From Halodesulfurarchaeum sp. (lineage in GTDB: Archaea > Halobacteriota > Halobacteria > Halobacteriales > Halobacteriaceae): a stretch of DNA of 53,989 nt. This document shows positions 1-8,984 of this stretch, one piece after another. The notes beneath the pieces were generated by a model, which did no database searches, was not told where the DNA came from, and saw only the letters and a program-made list of their open reading frames with translations. Positions within the stretch are counted from its first letter, which is position 1, and every line of letters begins with the position of its first letter. The stretch is from contig JBDGUI010000042.1 of NCBI GenBank assembly GCA_042216015.1, forward strand, positions 1 through 53,989, given 5' to 3'. The translations under genes were made by a program, and so were the position numbers.

Positions 1-218
1 TGTGCCATGATCCAACCCGAATCTAACGCTATGAGACGAATTCTATCCCATCCCCCTCCGTGTTGGCTACTATCTGGATGGGTGTACAATCAAGCGCTGA
101 GGAATAAAAGGTCTATAGCCAGCAGTGGGATGAGATCATATCATTCATCAAACCAATTTCCAATTCGGTTGCAATCGCTATTTTACACTCCCAGACCACA
201 AAACAAGAAACCTGTCTC

Positions 219-1184
219 CTATAGACCAAGCGTCGGAATATGCGCCAAGTAGGCTTGGCGAAGTTCCTCCCTGTCGATGTGATCATAGATATCGATCGCA
301 TCACCGCGTGTATCTCCCCGAAGTTCCTTGATAAATTCTCGTTTCATCCCCGACTTTCGAAGGTGAGTCGTGAACCAGTGCCTGAAGCAATGTGGTGTGA
401 ATCTCTTCTGCAAATCATCCGCGTCTGGATCGTGCAGCCCGACTTTCTCTGCGTGTTTCGTCACCGCCCGATAGATGCTGTTCCGCTGAAGGCGAGTCCC
501 GTGCTGATTCGTGAATAGGGCGTCAGTTTCGATATCGTTATCGTTGGATCGCGCGTCCATCCATCGCCGAAGTGCCTGGGCACACTCACCATCGAAGAAA
601 ACCAGACGGTTACTCCGCTTTGGCTTGTCTTTCAGCTTGATTGACTGCTCGTTCCAATCGATGTCATCCACGTCGATCGTCACCAGCTCCCCCCGCCGAA
701 TGCCGGTTTTTGCCAGCGTCAACACCAGCGCGCGATCGCGGGGATCGAGAATCGAATGCACGAGTGAGGACATCTCCTCGATGCTGATGAGTTGGCGTTT
801 GGAATTCGCCGTCGGTCGCCTGTTATCCATATAGCGATCGCGAAACGCTGGGACCGGATTCTCCTCGATGTATCCTTCCCATTCGAGATATTTGAAGCAG
901 GAATTGAGCGCGGAGAAATAGGTGTTGAGCGTGCTCGGTGCGAGGCCGGTCGTCCCGTCGCGGGCTTTTCGATCGTTCTTGAGATGCGCGAGAAAGCCCT
1001 TGAGGTCATGGCGATCCACGTCGAGGAGATCACCGTCGAGCCACCCGATGAAGTACTTGAGATCCGAGCGGTAGGTCACGCGAGTCTTCTCCGTTAGGCC
1101 CTGAACTTCCGCATCGAGAAGGAACTCGTCGAGTAAATCGGCGTCCGATTTGGAATCACCGCTCACCGCGGTTGCTTCGCTCAT
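219..1184 (-). CDS. Tyrosine recombinase/integrase
   Basis: N-terminal SAM-like core-binding region (STLNTYFSALNSCFKYL), TGIRRGEL, HCFRHWFTT and a C-terminal Tyr (IYDH). The ATG at 1184 overlaps the upstream stop (ATGA). Confidence 0.92.
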   Translation of the reverse strand: MSEATAVSGDSKSDADLLDEFLLDAEVQGLTEKTRVTYRSDLKYFIGWLDGDLLDVDRHDLKGFLAHLKNDRKARDGTTGLAPSTLNTYFSALNSCFKYLEWEGYIEENPVPAFRDRYMDNRRPTANSKRQLISIEEMSSLVHSILDPRDRALVLTLAKTGIRRGELVTIDVDDIDWNEQSIKLKDKPKRSNRLVFFDGECAQALRRWMDARSNDNDIETDALFTNQHGTRLQRNSIYRAVTKHAEKVGLHDPDADDLQKRFTPHCFRHWFTTHLRKSGMKREFIKELRGDTRGDAIDIYDHIDREELRQAYLAHIPTLGL

Positions 1185-1699
1185 CCTTCCCACACCCATC
1201 CCTTGGGCGTACTCCTGACGAGGCCGTAGTCCTCGAGTTGCTTCAGCTGGGTGTCGATGCCCTTGACCAGCTCCGTTTCACTTGGATCGACATCCAACCG
1301 TCGCAGGAGTTCGTCACCGTCGATTCGATCGGCCCGCTGGAGTTCCTCGATAAGTTCCTGATCGTACTTGCGCCTGCCCTCGAATTCCTCGTCCAGAAAC
1401 GGCTGCGTTCGAAGTTGTTTCAACTCGGATTCGAGTTTCTCGATGACGATCTCCTTCTGCTTGACATCCTTCTGAAGGTCCTTCACTTCCGCTTCGAGTT
1501 CCTGTATCTGTTTGCTCTCTTCGCCAAGTTCGGTGAAGTCAGGTCCACCCTGCTCGATGGCGTACTCGACACACTGCTGGACGAACTTGGAGAGTGACTC
1601 GCCAGCTTCTTCGGCGTGCTCCGCCCAGCGTTTCTTCCGATCGATCGAGTCGACGTAGACATCGACGCGTCGATCCTTGATGGTGTCCGTCTTGCCCAT
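1181..1699 (-). CDS. Integrase-associated protein: ribbon-helix-helix-like N-terminus, coiled coil, probable winged-helix C-terminus
   Basis: RRVDVYVD...W.EHAEEAGESLSKFVQQCVE is RHH-like, followed by a heptad-rich segment. Translationally coupled to the integrase. Confidence 0.7.
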   Translation of the reverse strand: MGKTDTIKDRRVDVYVDSIDRKKRWAEHAEEAGESLSKFVQQCVEYAIEQGGPDFTELGEESKQIQELEAEVKDLQKDVKQKEIVIEKLESELKQLRTQPFLDEEFEGRRKYDQELIEELQRADRIDGDELLRRLDVDPSETELVKGIDTQLKQLEDYGLVRSTPKGWVWEG

Positions 1700-1745
1700 A
1701 CTACGACTATGCAGGACACCCACATAGATTTACGGGTAAAAACAG

Positions 1746-1816
1746 TGCGCCGGCCGGGATTCGAACCCGGGCCATGAGCTTGGAAGGCTCAGGTCCTGCC
1801 GCTAGACCACCGGCGC
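1746..1816 (-). tRNA. tRNA-Gly (anticodon TCC)
   Basis: Reverse complement GCGCCGG...TGAGC-CT-TCC-AA-GCTCA...GGTTCGAATCC...CCGGCGCA folds as a cloverleaf; CCA is not encoded. Confidence 0.97.
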
Positions 1817-1852
1817 TCGGCCGGGGCTATGTGACCCCCGGATAAGAAGCTT

Positions 1853-2515
1853 TCATCTCGGACTGACCCGGGCGTAACAATTGCCCGCCGACACCCAGGC
1901 CGTCTGCCAACCGAGGTGGCTTGCCTCAAGGTCGGACTTGAACTCACCCGGATCGTAGATGTGATAGAACCTTCCGACGGTCTCCCCGTCGGGCAACGTC
2001 CAATCGACGGTCGTATCGAACCCACTCGTTCGGTCGAACCGCTCGTCTGTCGTACACCAGCTACTGAGAAGGGCGGTGCCATCCGGACCGAGCACGCGTG
2101 CCAACTCGTTGAGACTCTCGATCCGAGCAGCCCGACTGCGAAGATGGTGGATCGTCGCGATGTAGAGTCCCACGTCGACGCTGTCGGTGACTATCGGGAG
2201 CGAGGTGGCGGTCCCCGTGACGAAATCGGCCGGAAATGCCCCAACCGATTCACCGACCGCCAGTCCGGTGGCCCGGTTCACGGCCGCCTCGAGCAGCGTC
2301 CGACTCAGGTCGACGCCCACTGGACGGTCGACGACGGCCGCGAGCGCCTCGGTATGTCTCCCATTCCCGCAGCCAACGTCGAGTCCCACCGTCCCCTCCA
2401 CGGTTTCGAGAAATTCTGTGACGTCTTCCCATGGATACTGCCTGGTTTGAGAGAAGTGGTCCCCGATGCGGTCGTAGACCCGGCGAATCGATGGGAGGTC
2501 GGATTCGTCCGTCAT
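1853..2515 (-). CDS. trm9: Class I SAM methyltransferase, Trm9/ALKBH8-like (tRNA U34 carboxymethyl methyltransferase)
   Basis: VYDRIGDHFSQTRQYPW, LDVGCGNGR, IATIHHL, ELARVL and RFYHIY match the Trm9/ALKBH8 pattern. Same position downstream of pilB/pilC as I recall for Haloferax Trm9. Confidence 0.8.
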   Translation of the reverse strand: MTDESDLPSIRRVYDRIGDHFSQTRQYPWEDVTEFLETVEGTVGLDVGCGNGRHTEALAAVVDRPVGVDLSRTLLEAAVNRATGLAVGESVGAFPADFVTGTATSLPIVTDSVDVGLYIATIHHLRSRAARIESLNELARVLGPDGTALLSSWCTTDERFDRTSGFDTTVDWTLPDGETVGRFYHIYDPGEFKSDLEASHLGWQTAWVSAGNCYARVSPR

Positions 2516-4593
2516 CCGAAGATGAGAAAGACGGCGTAGGCAATCGCGAGCATGGCCGTGGCGTGCTTGGCGCCACTCGCGAGTTTTCCATCGCTCATCT
2601 GTCCCGCGACGAATCCCGAGACGTATCCCTGAACGATGCCGGCGTGGAAGAAGACCAGGCTGTAGGCCTCCTTTTTCGCCTCGGTGAGCTCGCCGAAACC
2701 CCCGCCGATACCGATCCCTGCGCCCGGGACCGCCCCGCCATCGACGCCGAGGTCGGTCGGGATGCTTGGAATGAACACCTGATCGAGGGCCAGGACGATC
2801 CCGAGGAACACGAAAAACGCGACGTAGATGACGACCACGTAGGTCAAAAGCTCGTTGCGGCGGTCCCGTTCGAGTCGTCGGGCGGATTTTGCCTCATCGG
2901 CGGCGATGCGCAGCACCGGTCCGATGTCGTTGGTGGCCCCCATCGCGTTCGTGGTCAGGGTGGTGACCCGGGTGATGGACGGGGTCCGGACGCGCTGTTC
3001 GAAGCGGCTGAGGGCGGCCTCCATGTGGGCCCCCAGCTGGATGTCGGCCCAGGTACGACGCATCTCCGTCGTGAGGGCCCCGATGTCCGAGTGGGCCACC
3101 CGACCGAAGCTCTCGATCATCGACATGCCGGCCTCGTTGGTCGCTGCAAAGCGCTCGAGGAAGTCGGGGATCGCCGCCTCGATCTGTTTGACCCGTCGAT
3201 GGCCGGCTTCATACGTGACTGCATAGGTGCCGGTGACGAACAGGGCGACGTGAATCATCGGATCGTCCAGTGACGCCGGCTCGAGTGCCCCACTCGCGAT
3301 CGACGGCAGCCAGGCGAGGAGCAGATAGACGATCCCGAGGGGGACCGTGACCGCCAGAATGGCACTCGGTCGCTCGCTCAGAAGTCGACCCGGCTCCTGG
3401 AGCCCGGTGCGAAGGGGACGCAACCGTCGAGCAATCGAGAGCCGGTATCGGTTCTTTGTCGCCGCCGTGCTCGGGTCACGAGTCCGATCGCCGGATCCAC
3501 TCGACGAGAGTCCGGGGAAGGGTTCGACCGTGGACTCCCCGTCCTGAACCTCCTCCGGTTTGGCGACGTCTTCGGTGATGGTGTCGAGATAGACGATGAA
3601 CCCGATGTTCGACAGCCCGAGGAGGACGTAGACGAGAATCTGAAGGAAAGCCAGTGTCCCCCCCAGGAGCAGACCCACGACCACCAGAATCGTGATGAGA
3701 AAGAGCATGCCCGCGACGAAGACGGTCACGTAGGCCTCCGCGAGCGCACCGAGTAGCTCGATAAACCGTTCCTGCTGGGCGCTCTCCTCGTCCTGAAAGT
3801 ACTCGTACTGGTCGCTCAGGAAGTCACTCAACGAACCGCCACTCCGGAGCACGCTCGCGAGGTTCTCAGCGAACTCCTCCAGTTTGTCGTTTGGCGTTCG
3901 ATCGCTCGTCCGTTCGATGCCAGTCACGAGGTCGGCACCGAGGAGATCGACGTCCTTCATCGTCACCTCGAACTCGCGAGCGGTTTCCTCGTACACGGCG
4001 GTATGGCTGGCGAGCGTCCCCAACACCTTCGAAAACGGCATCCCGCTGCGTGAGAGCGCGAAGAGAAAGGCCACGTTTCGCTTGAGGGTGGAGTCGATTC
4101 GCCGCGAGCGCTCACTCGCCACGTACTTCGGGAGGTACCAGCGGAACTGGTAGATAGCATATGCGCCCACCGCCCCGATCGTCGCACTGCTCATGAGCAG
4201 CAGGACGAACAGACCCAGAATCCCCATCTCGGCCGGCTCGTTTCGGAGAAAGCCCAACAGCCACGGGAATTTGTCGAGAACGCCCGCTGCGACGAGGGCC
4301 TGTCTGAAGGCGAGAAAGACGTACACCCCCGCCACGCTCCCCGCGAGCGCCCCGATGGTGGCATAGAGGAACGTCTTTGCCGCGTACACCCGGAACGTGT
4401 CGGTTCGGTGGGCCCCCGCGAGAGTTTCGACCTGTCTCACGTTGGTCGAGCGACGCTCCGAGACGTACGAGCCGAAGATCGCGAGGGAGATTCGGGAGAC
4501 GATCCGATTGACCCGGCTCGACACGCCGGCGAGCGCGATCACCGACAGGAGAAACACCACGAGACCGAGCGGGAGCAATTCGAGCACCGACAT
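2512..4593 (-). CDS. pilC: Type IV pilus membrane platform protein (two T2SSF/TadC domains)
   Basis: Multi-TM protein with two T2SSF-like repeats (ALSRSGM..., AATNEAGM...), coupled to the ATPase gene. Confidence 0.9.
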   Translation of the reverse strand: MSVLELLPLGLVVFLLSVIALAGVSSRVNRIVSRISLAIFGSYVSERRSTNVRQVETLAGAHRTDTFRVYAAKTFLYATIGALAGSVAGVYVFLAFRQALVAAGVLDKFPWLLGFLRNEPAEMGILGLFVLLLMSSATIGAVGAYAIYQFRWYLPKYVASERSRRIDSTLKRNVAFLFALSRSGMPFSKVLGTLASHTAVYEETAREFEVTMKDVDLLGADLVTGIERTSDRTPNDKLEEFAENLASVLRSGGSLSDFLSDQYEYFQDEESAQQERFIELLGALAEAYVTVFVAGMLFLITILVVVGLLLGGTLAFLQILVYVLLGLSNIGFIVYLDTITEDVAKPEEVQDGESTVEPFPGLSSSGSGDRTRDPSTAATKNRYRLSIARRLRPLRTGLQEPGRLLSERPSAILAVTVPLGIVYLLLAWLPSIASGALEPASLDDPMIHVALFVTGTYAVTYEAGHRRVKQIEAAIPDFLERFAATNEAGMSMIESFGRVAHSDIGALTTEMRRTWADIQLGAHMEAALSRFEQRVRTPSITRVTTLTTNAMGATNDIGPVLRIAADEAKSARRLERDRRNELLTYVVVIYVAFFVFLGIVLALDQVFIPSIPTDLGVDGGAVPGAGIGIGGGFGELTEAKKEAYSLVFFHAGIVQGYVSGFVAGQMSDGKLASGAKHATAMLAIAYAVFLIFG

Positions 4594-6281
4594 CACCCGG
4601 CAGGCTCGCTACCGACGGGACCATCTGACACGTCCGTCCCCTGGACTGAGTCCCCCAGCGTTCCGCCGATCCGGGCCATGACGGCGTCCTTGTCGGCGTA
4701 GTAGTCGTTGATGAGCGCGGTGAATCGACGATAGTCCCGGACGTCGTGTTCCAGGAGATATTGCAGGACCGCTTTCCGGTTCCGGAACTCCCGCAGGAGT
4801 TCGGAGCGAGTCCAGCCACGGTCCTCCCTGATCTCCTCGAGGACGATGCTGTCGAACTGGTCGAAGGAGTCGGTCTCCGGGTCGTACTCGAAGGCCATGG
4901 AGTAATCGAGGTCGCCGGTTCGCTGGTCGATGCCCTCGATCTCGGCGATCGTCCGGGTCCGCCGAACCCGCTCGTCCCCCACGTACGTCAGGGTTTGAAC
5001 CGAGAGCACGTCGAGGGACTGGATCATCGCCCGCGGGACGTTGATCGGCTCGTTCTCCAGCCGGTTGATGACCGTCTGGACGCTGTCAGCGTGCATCGTC
5101 GAGAAGGTCGTATGGCCCGTGTTCATGGCCTGAAAGAGCGTCATCGCCTCGCGGCCGCGCACCTCCCCGACGATGATGTATTCCGGGCGATGGCGCAACG
5201 AAGACCGGAGCAAGTCGTACATCGAGATGTCCTCACCCTCACCGAGGCTTTCCCGGGTGATCGAGGAGAGCCAGTTATCGTGATAGAGGGTGAGTTCGCG
5301 GGTATCCTCGATGGTGACGACCTTCGCATTGGGAGGGACGAACATCGAGACGGCGTTCATCGAGGTGGTCTTCCCCGAAGCCGTCCCCCCGGCGAAAATG
5401 AGCGACTTGTTGCTCTCGATGGCGAGCCAGAGGTAGGCCATCTGGTCGAGGCTGAACGTGTCCAGATCGACCAGTGCGGCCGGCGTGAACGGCTCCTCTG
5501 CGTACTTCCTGATCGTAAACGCCGATCCCCGAGGGGTCACCTCGCGACCGAGGGCAAGTTCGCCACGACTGCCGTCGGGGAGTGTCGCGTCCGTCACCGG
5601 ATCGCCGATCGAAATATGCTGACCGGAGCCCTGGGCGAGCTTGATCACGAAGTCATCGAGTTCCTCCTCTGGAAACGAGCGGTTCGACTGGATGTCCGTG
5701 TACTGGTCGTGATAGACGTAAATCGGGAGGTCATAGCCGTCACAGGAGATGTCCTCGATGTGCGGGTCTCGCATGAGGGGGTCGAGTCTGTCGTAGCCCT
5801 CGAAGGCGCGATAGAGGTAGTAGAACAGGCGATAAACGGTATTTTCGTCCACCTCGACGCCGTACTGTCCGAGCAATTCGAGGAGATGTTCGGTGATCAC
5901 GGCCTCCGCGTCGTCCGGGTCGTACTCGGCCCGGAAGATCAGGGACTCGCGCGTGTCGGTGAAGATCTGGTCGAGAAGTTCGTGCTGGACGGCCGTGAGA
6001 TCGGGCTCGACGACGAGATAGCGGTACTCGTTCTGTTCGGGATTGTGGGCGATCGTCACGAAGGCAAAGGGGGCGTTTACCCAGTAGCGCTCGACCTCCT
6101 CGTAGCCCTCGAGTCCCGAAAAGCGGGCGAGTGGGCCGTGTTTCGCCGGGTCGTACGGCTCCAGATCGATGGTCGAGCCCGTGATGACCTCCGCGATTCG
6201 GGACAGTCGCCACCGGATCGCGGAGAGCGTCGAGTCGAACTCCGGAAGAAGATCACCGTCCCCCGCTGGATTCTCGGACAT
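4593..6281 (-). CDS. pilB: Type IV pilus assembly ATPase (VirB11/TadA family; PilB3-like)
   Basis: Walker A GGTASGKTT, IEDTREL, LRHRPEYIIVGEVRG, His box TGHTTFSTMHA. Confidence 0.93.
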   Translation of the reverse strand: MSENPAGDGDLLPEFDSTLSAIRWRLSRIAEVITGSTIDLEPYDPAKHGPLARFSGLEGYEEVERYWVNAPFAFVTIAHNPEQNEYRYLVVEPDLTAVQHELLDQIFTDTRESLIFRAEYDPDDAEAVITEHLLELLGQYGVEVDENTVYRLFYYLYRAFEGYDRLDPLMRDPHIEDISCDGYDLPIYVYHDQYTDIQSNRSFPEEELDDFVIKLAQGSGQHISIGDPVTDATLPDGSRGELALGREVTPRGSAFTIRKYAEEPFTPAALVDLDTFSLDQMAYLWLAIESNKSLIFAGGTASGKTTSMNAVSMFVPPNAKVVTIEDTRELTLYHDNWLSSITRESLGEGEDISMYDLLRSSLRHRPEYIIVGEVRGREAMTLFQAMNTGHTTFSTMHADSVQTVINRLENEPINVPRAMIQSLDVLSVQTLTYVGDERVRRTRTIAEIEGIDQRTGDLDYSMAFEYDPETDSFDQFDSIVLEEIREDRGWTRSELLREFRNRKAVLQYLLEHDVRDYRRFTALINDYYADKDAVMARIGGTLGDSVQGTDVSDGPVGSEPAG

Positions 6282-6364
6282 CGATCTCTACGCACACAGA
6301 TGGCGGCGCCCTGCTTAAAACCCCTCACACTATTCCGCCCGCCGGGCAACCTATGCCCGGCAGC

Positions 6365-6427
6365 CCGAAACGACGGGTGGATCTTCGGACCGAAACGACG
6401 GATGGATCTTCGGGCCGAAACGACGGG
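6365..6427 (+). repeat. 25-bp tandem repeat, about 2.5 copies
   Basis: CCGAAACGACGG(G/A)TGGATCTTCGG(A/G) at 6365 and 6390, with a partial copy at 6415. Confidence 0.9.
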
Positions 6428-6554
6428 CTGAATGACAATCCGTTCAGGGGGACATCACGTCTGGAGCTAGCCGAACCGGTAGATCCGTTCGCGACATCTC
6501 CGGGGGAATGCGAACGTTTAGGTCCCGACAGGACGATTTCTTTGCGTGCACTGG

Positions 6555-6767
6555 ATGATAGCGGAGGTTCCATGGGGGAACCTGTGGCGCACCGGGGTCA
6601 CGACCATGCTCTTTACCCTGATACTCGGAGTGCCAATTGCACTTCTCACCCGAGTCGACAGCGGCACCACCGCGGTCCTTTTCCAGCAACTCCTCGTTCT
6701 CGTCTCGTTCGTCCTCGCCTCGCTCGTCGTCTGGTCGGAGACCGTCCCCTGGATCGGCGACTCATGA
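6555..6767 (+). CDS. Small hypothetical membrane protein (2 TM)
   Basis: Two clear hydrophobic segments in an otherwise empty intergenic space; no family recognised. Confidence 0.4.
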   Translation: MIAEVPWGNLWRTGVTTMLFTLILGVPIALLTRVDSGTTAVLFQQLLVLVSFVLASLVVWSETVPWIGDS

Positions 6768-6952
6768 GGGCGGGTTTCAGTGAACGATTTCGGGCGCCTG
6801 TAGCCGCATCGACTTGTTTCCACCGGCGAGGAGATGGCCTTCCCTTTTCTCCCACGGAGATATCGCGTCCATTTTTCACTTTCGTGGCGTCACGTTCGGT
6901 TCCCACCTCGAAGGCCGTCACGTTCATTTTTCGCGAACTCGAAAATCAATTC

Positions 6953-7420
6953 ATGCGGCGGCAGGATTTCAGCCTGTCCACGCGTCACGTCGAGCGGGCG
7001 TCGGGAGCCGAAACTTCCCCACTCCCGACCCTTCGACTCCAGTACGACGGGCCGAGTGCCGACCTCAGGGACGGCCTCGAGGGTGGTGATGGGACCGCGC
7101 TCGAGGAATCCGACGTCGACGTGTCGCTGCGGCTCATGGACGAACTCGACGAAGTGGACCGGGGTGTCCTCGCGGTTTCGGACCGCCTGACTGGCGATTA
7201 CGTCTGTGAATGCAACGTGGAAACGGGACGCCTCCTCGAATTCCTCGAGGCGACGAAACGGCGGGCGTCCGCCGTCGACGGGCCACCGAAGTACCGGATC
7301 CAGTTCGTCGCCGAGTCGACGCCGCTTCGCACCTTCGAGATGGATACGTTTCTGGTCTACGCCGCATCCGGTGAACTTCGCGAATCCGAGAGCCTGCTCC
7401 CGAACGGCGTGCAGTTGTGA
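6953..7420 (+). CDS. Conserved haloarchaeal protein (DUF5793-like)
   Basis: Acidic 155-aa ORF starting MRRQDF, with GVLAVSDRLTGDY and a C-terminal SLLPNGVQL, typical of this family. Confidence 0.7.
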   Translation: MRRQDFSLSTRHVERASGAETSPLPTLRLQYDGPSADLRDGLEGGDGTALEESDVDVSLRLMDELDEVDRGVLAVSDRLTGDYVCECNVETGRLLEFLEATKRRASAVDGPPKYRIQFVAESTPLRTFEMDTFLVYAASGELRESESLLPNGVQL

Positions 7421-7505
7421 CGGTCGGCGTGGACCGTCCGTGACCGCGCCGAACTGGTGAGGGGGTTTCGATACGCTATACTACCTCCGGTGGCTATTCC
7501 GGGGT

Positions 7506-8906
7506 ATGGATCTCTTTGGAACGGCCGGAATCCGCGGGGACGTCGCGGAGGAAGTGACCCCCGAACTCGCGCTTCGAGTCGGACAGGCCGTGGCCGAACC
7601 GGACCGAGCATTCGCGGTCGGACGGGACGGAAGGGTCACCGGGGGAACACTCAGGGACGCGCTCGCTGCCGGCCTGGAGAGCGCCGGGGCAACCGTTCAC
7701 GACGTGGGGATGGTCCCCACCCCGGCGCTGGCATTCGCCTCGCGGGGTCGCTACGGGGTTCAGGTGACGGCCTCGCACAACCCGCCCGAGGACAACGGTA
7801 TCAAGCTCTTCGTCGACGGCTCCGAGTTCGACCGCGAGGCCGAATTGACCGTCGCAGATCGCATCGCGGGAGGAGAGTCACCGGCACCGTGGGACCAGTG
7901 GGGGGAGACCGAGTCCGAATCGGTGCTCGAGGACTACCGCGAGGGGATCGTCTCGTACCTTCGTGGCCGGACGCTCCCGGACACCCACCCGGCTGGACCC
8001 GGTCGATCGCTCGAGAGCTCAGAACCACTGCGGGGACTCACGATCGCGATCGACTGCGGAAACGGGATGGGGAGTCTCGGAACGCCCCAGGTGCTCGATC
8101 GTCTCGGGGCCGACGTCGTATCGGTGAACGGGAACGTCGACGGACGATTTCCGGGCAGACCGAGCAAGCCCACCCCGGAGACCCTCGCCGAATTCAGGGC
8201 ATTCCTCGCGGATCATCGAGCGGACTTCGGGATCGCCCATGACGGCGACGCGGACCGGGTCGTGTTGGTGGACAGCGACGGCGAGGTCGTCCACGAGGAC
8301 ACCGTCGTGGCCATTCTCGCCGAATATTACGTGCGTACGGCCACCGTCGAGAGGCCGGTCGTCGTCACGACGCCGAACGCGTCCGGACGAATCGACCAGC
8401 GCGTGGAGGCCGCCGGGGGCACCGTCGAGCGGGTTCGACTCGGCGCGCTCCACGAGGGGATCGCGGCGGTCACGTTGGAATCCGGGACCGTCGTCTTTGC
8501 CGCAGAGCCCTGGAAACACATCCATCCGAGATTCGGGCTGTGGATCGATGGCATCGCGAGTGCGGGACTGCTCTCCGTGCTCGTGGCCACGGCAACGGGC
8601 CTGGACGAACTCCGGGAGCCAGTTTCGGAGCGCCCGTACCGGAAGGTGAGTGTTCCCTGTGCGGAGGAAAACAAGGCACTCGTGATGGACCGGCTCTCCA
8701 CCGTGCTCCCCGAAATCTTCCCCGCGGCAACGCTCTCGACCGAGTACGGGGTGAGACTGTCGTTCGAAGACGGAGCCTGGGTGCTCGTCCGTCCGAGCGG
8801 TACCGAGCCGTACGTGCGGCTGTACGCCGAGAGCGAATCCGTCGATGAACTGGTGGACACGATCCGGGAGGCAATCGATGACGCGATCGAGACGATTCAG
8901 GAGTAA
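7506..8906 (+). CDS. Alpha-D-phosphohexomutase family protein (possible phosphopentomutase)
   Basis: LFGTAGIRG, catalytic TASHNP, metal loop HDGDADR and VRPSGTEP. Sits at the head of a nucleoside salvage cluster. Confidence 0.88.
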   Translation: MDLFGTAGIRGDVAEEVTPELALRVGQAVAEPDRAFAVGRDGRVTGGTLRDALAAGLESAGATVHDVGMVPTPALAFASRGRYGVQVTASHNPPEDNGIKLFVDGSEFDREAELTVADRIAGGESPAPWDQWGETESESVLEDYREGIVSYLRGRTLPDTHPAGPGRSLESSEPLRGLTIAIDCGNGMGSLGTPQVLDRLGADVVSVNGNVDGRFPGRPSKPTPETLAEFRAFLADHRADFGIAHDGDADRVVLVDSDGEVVHEDTVVAILAEYYVRTATVERPVVVTTPNASGRIDQRVEAAGGTVERVRLGALHEGIAAVTLESGTVVFAAEPWKHIHPRFGLWIDGIASAGLLSVLVATATGLDELREPVSERPYRKVSVPCAEENKALVMDRLSTVLPEIFPAATLSTEYGVRLSFEDGAWVLVRPSGTEPYVRLYAESESVDELVDTIREAIDDAIETIQE

Positions 8907-8984
8907 TAGCACCGAGGCACGATTCCAATTCCAAACAATTATTCGACGCATTTATTGTAGCAACCCCACCTCTTACAGGCAGGC

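Larger units (their letters stand above)
1..1745. mobile_element. End of a tRNA-Gly-integrated element that continues beyond the left edge of the window
   Basis: The integrase operon lies immediately 3' of a tRNA gene, and 1-218 is visibly more AT-rich than the backbone. The second att copy is not in the window. Confidence 0.65.

Noticed and set aside
7..252. 81-aa ORF at the left edge
   Set aside because: It is basic, has no motif and overlaps the integrase 3' end; there is too little context to support it.
6365..6427. Possible mini-CRISPR (also considered for 24540-24592 and 17141-17245)
   Set aside because: The units abut with no unique spacers of CRISPR length, there are only 2-3 copies, and there are no cas genes in the window.
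4746..6431. Long antisense ORFs (also 10646-11782, 28742-29914, 34478-35818, 43813-45066 and many others)
   Set aside because: They are shadows of well-supported genes on the opposite strand, expected in high-GC DNA, and carry no motifs.
6353..6952. N-terminal 200-aa extension of the 6353-7420 ORF
   Set aside because: It is Arg/Pro-rich, non-halophilic and runs through a tandem repeat; the recognisable protein starts at ATG 6953.
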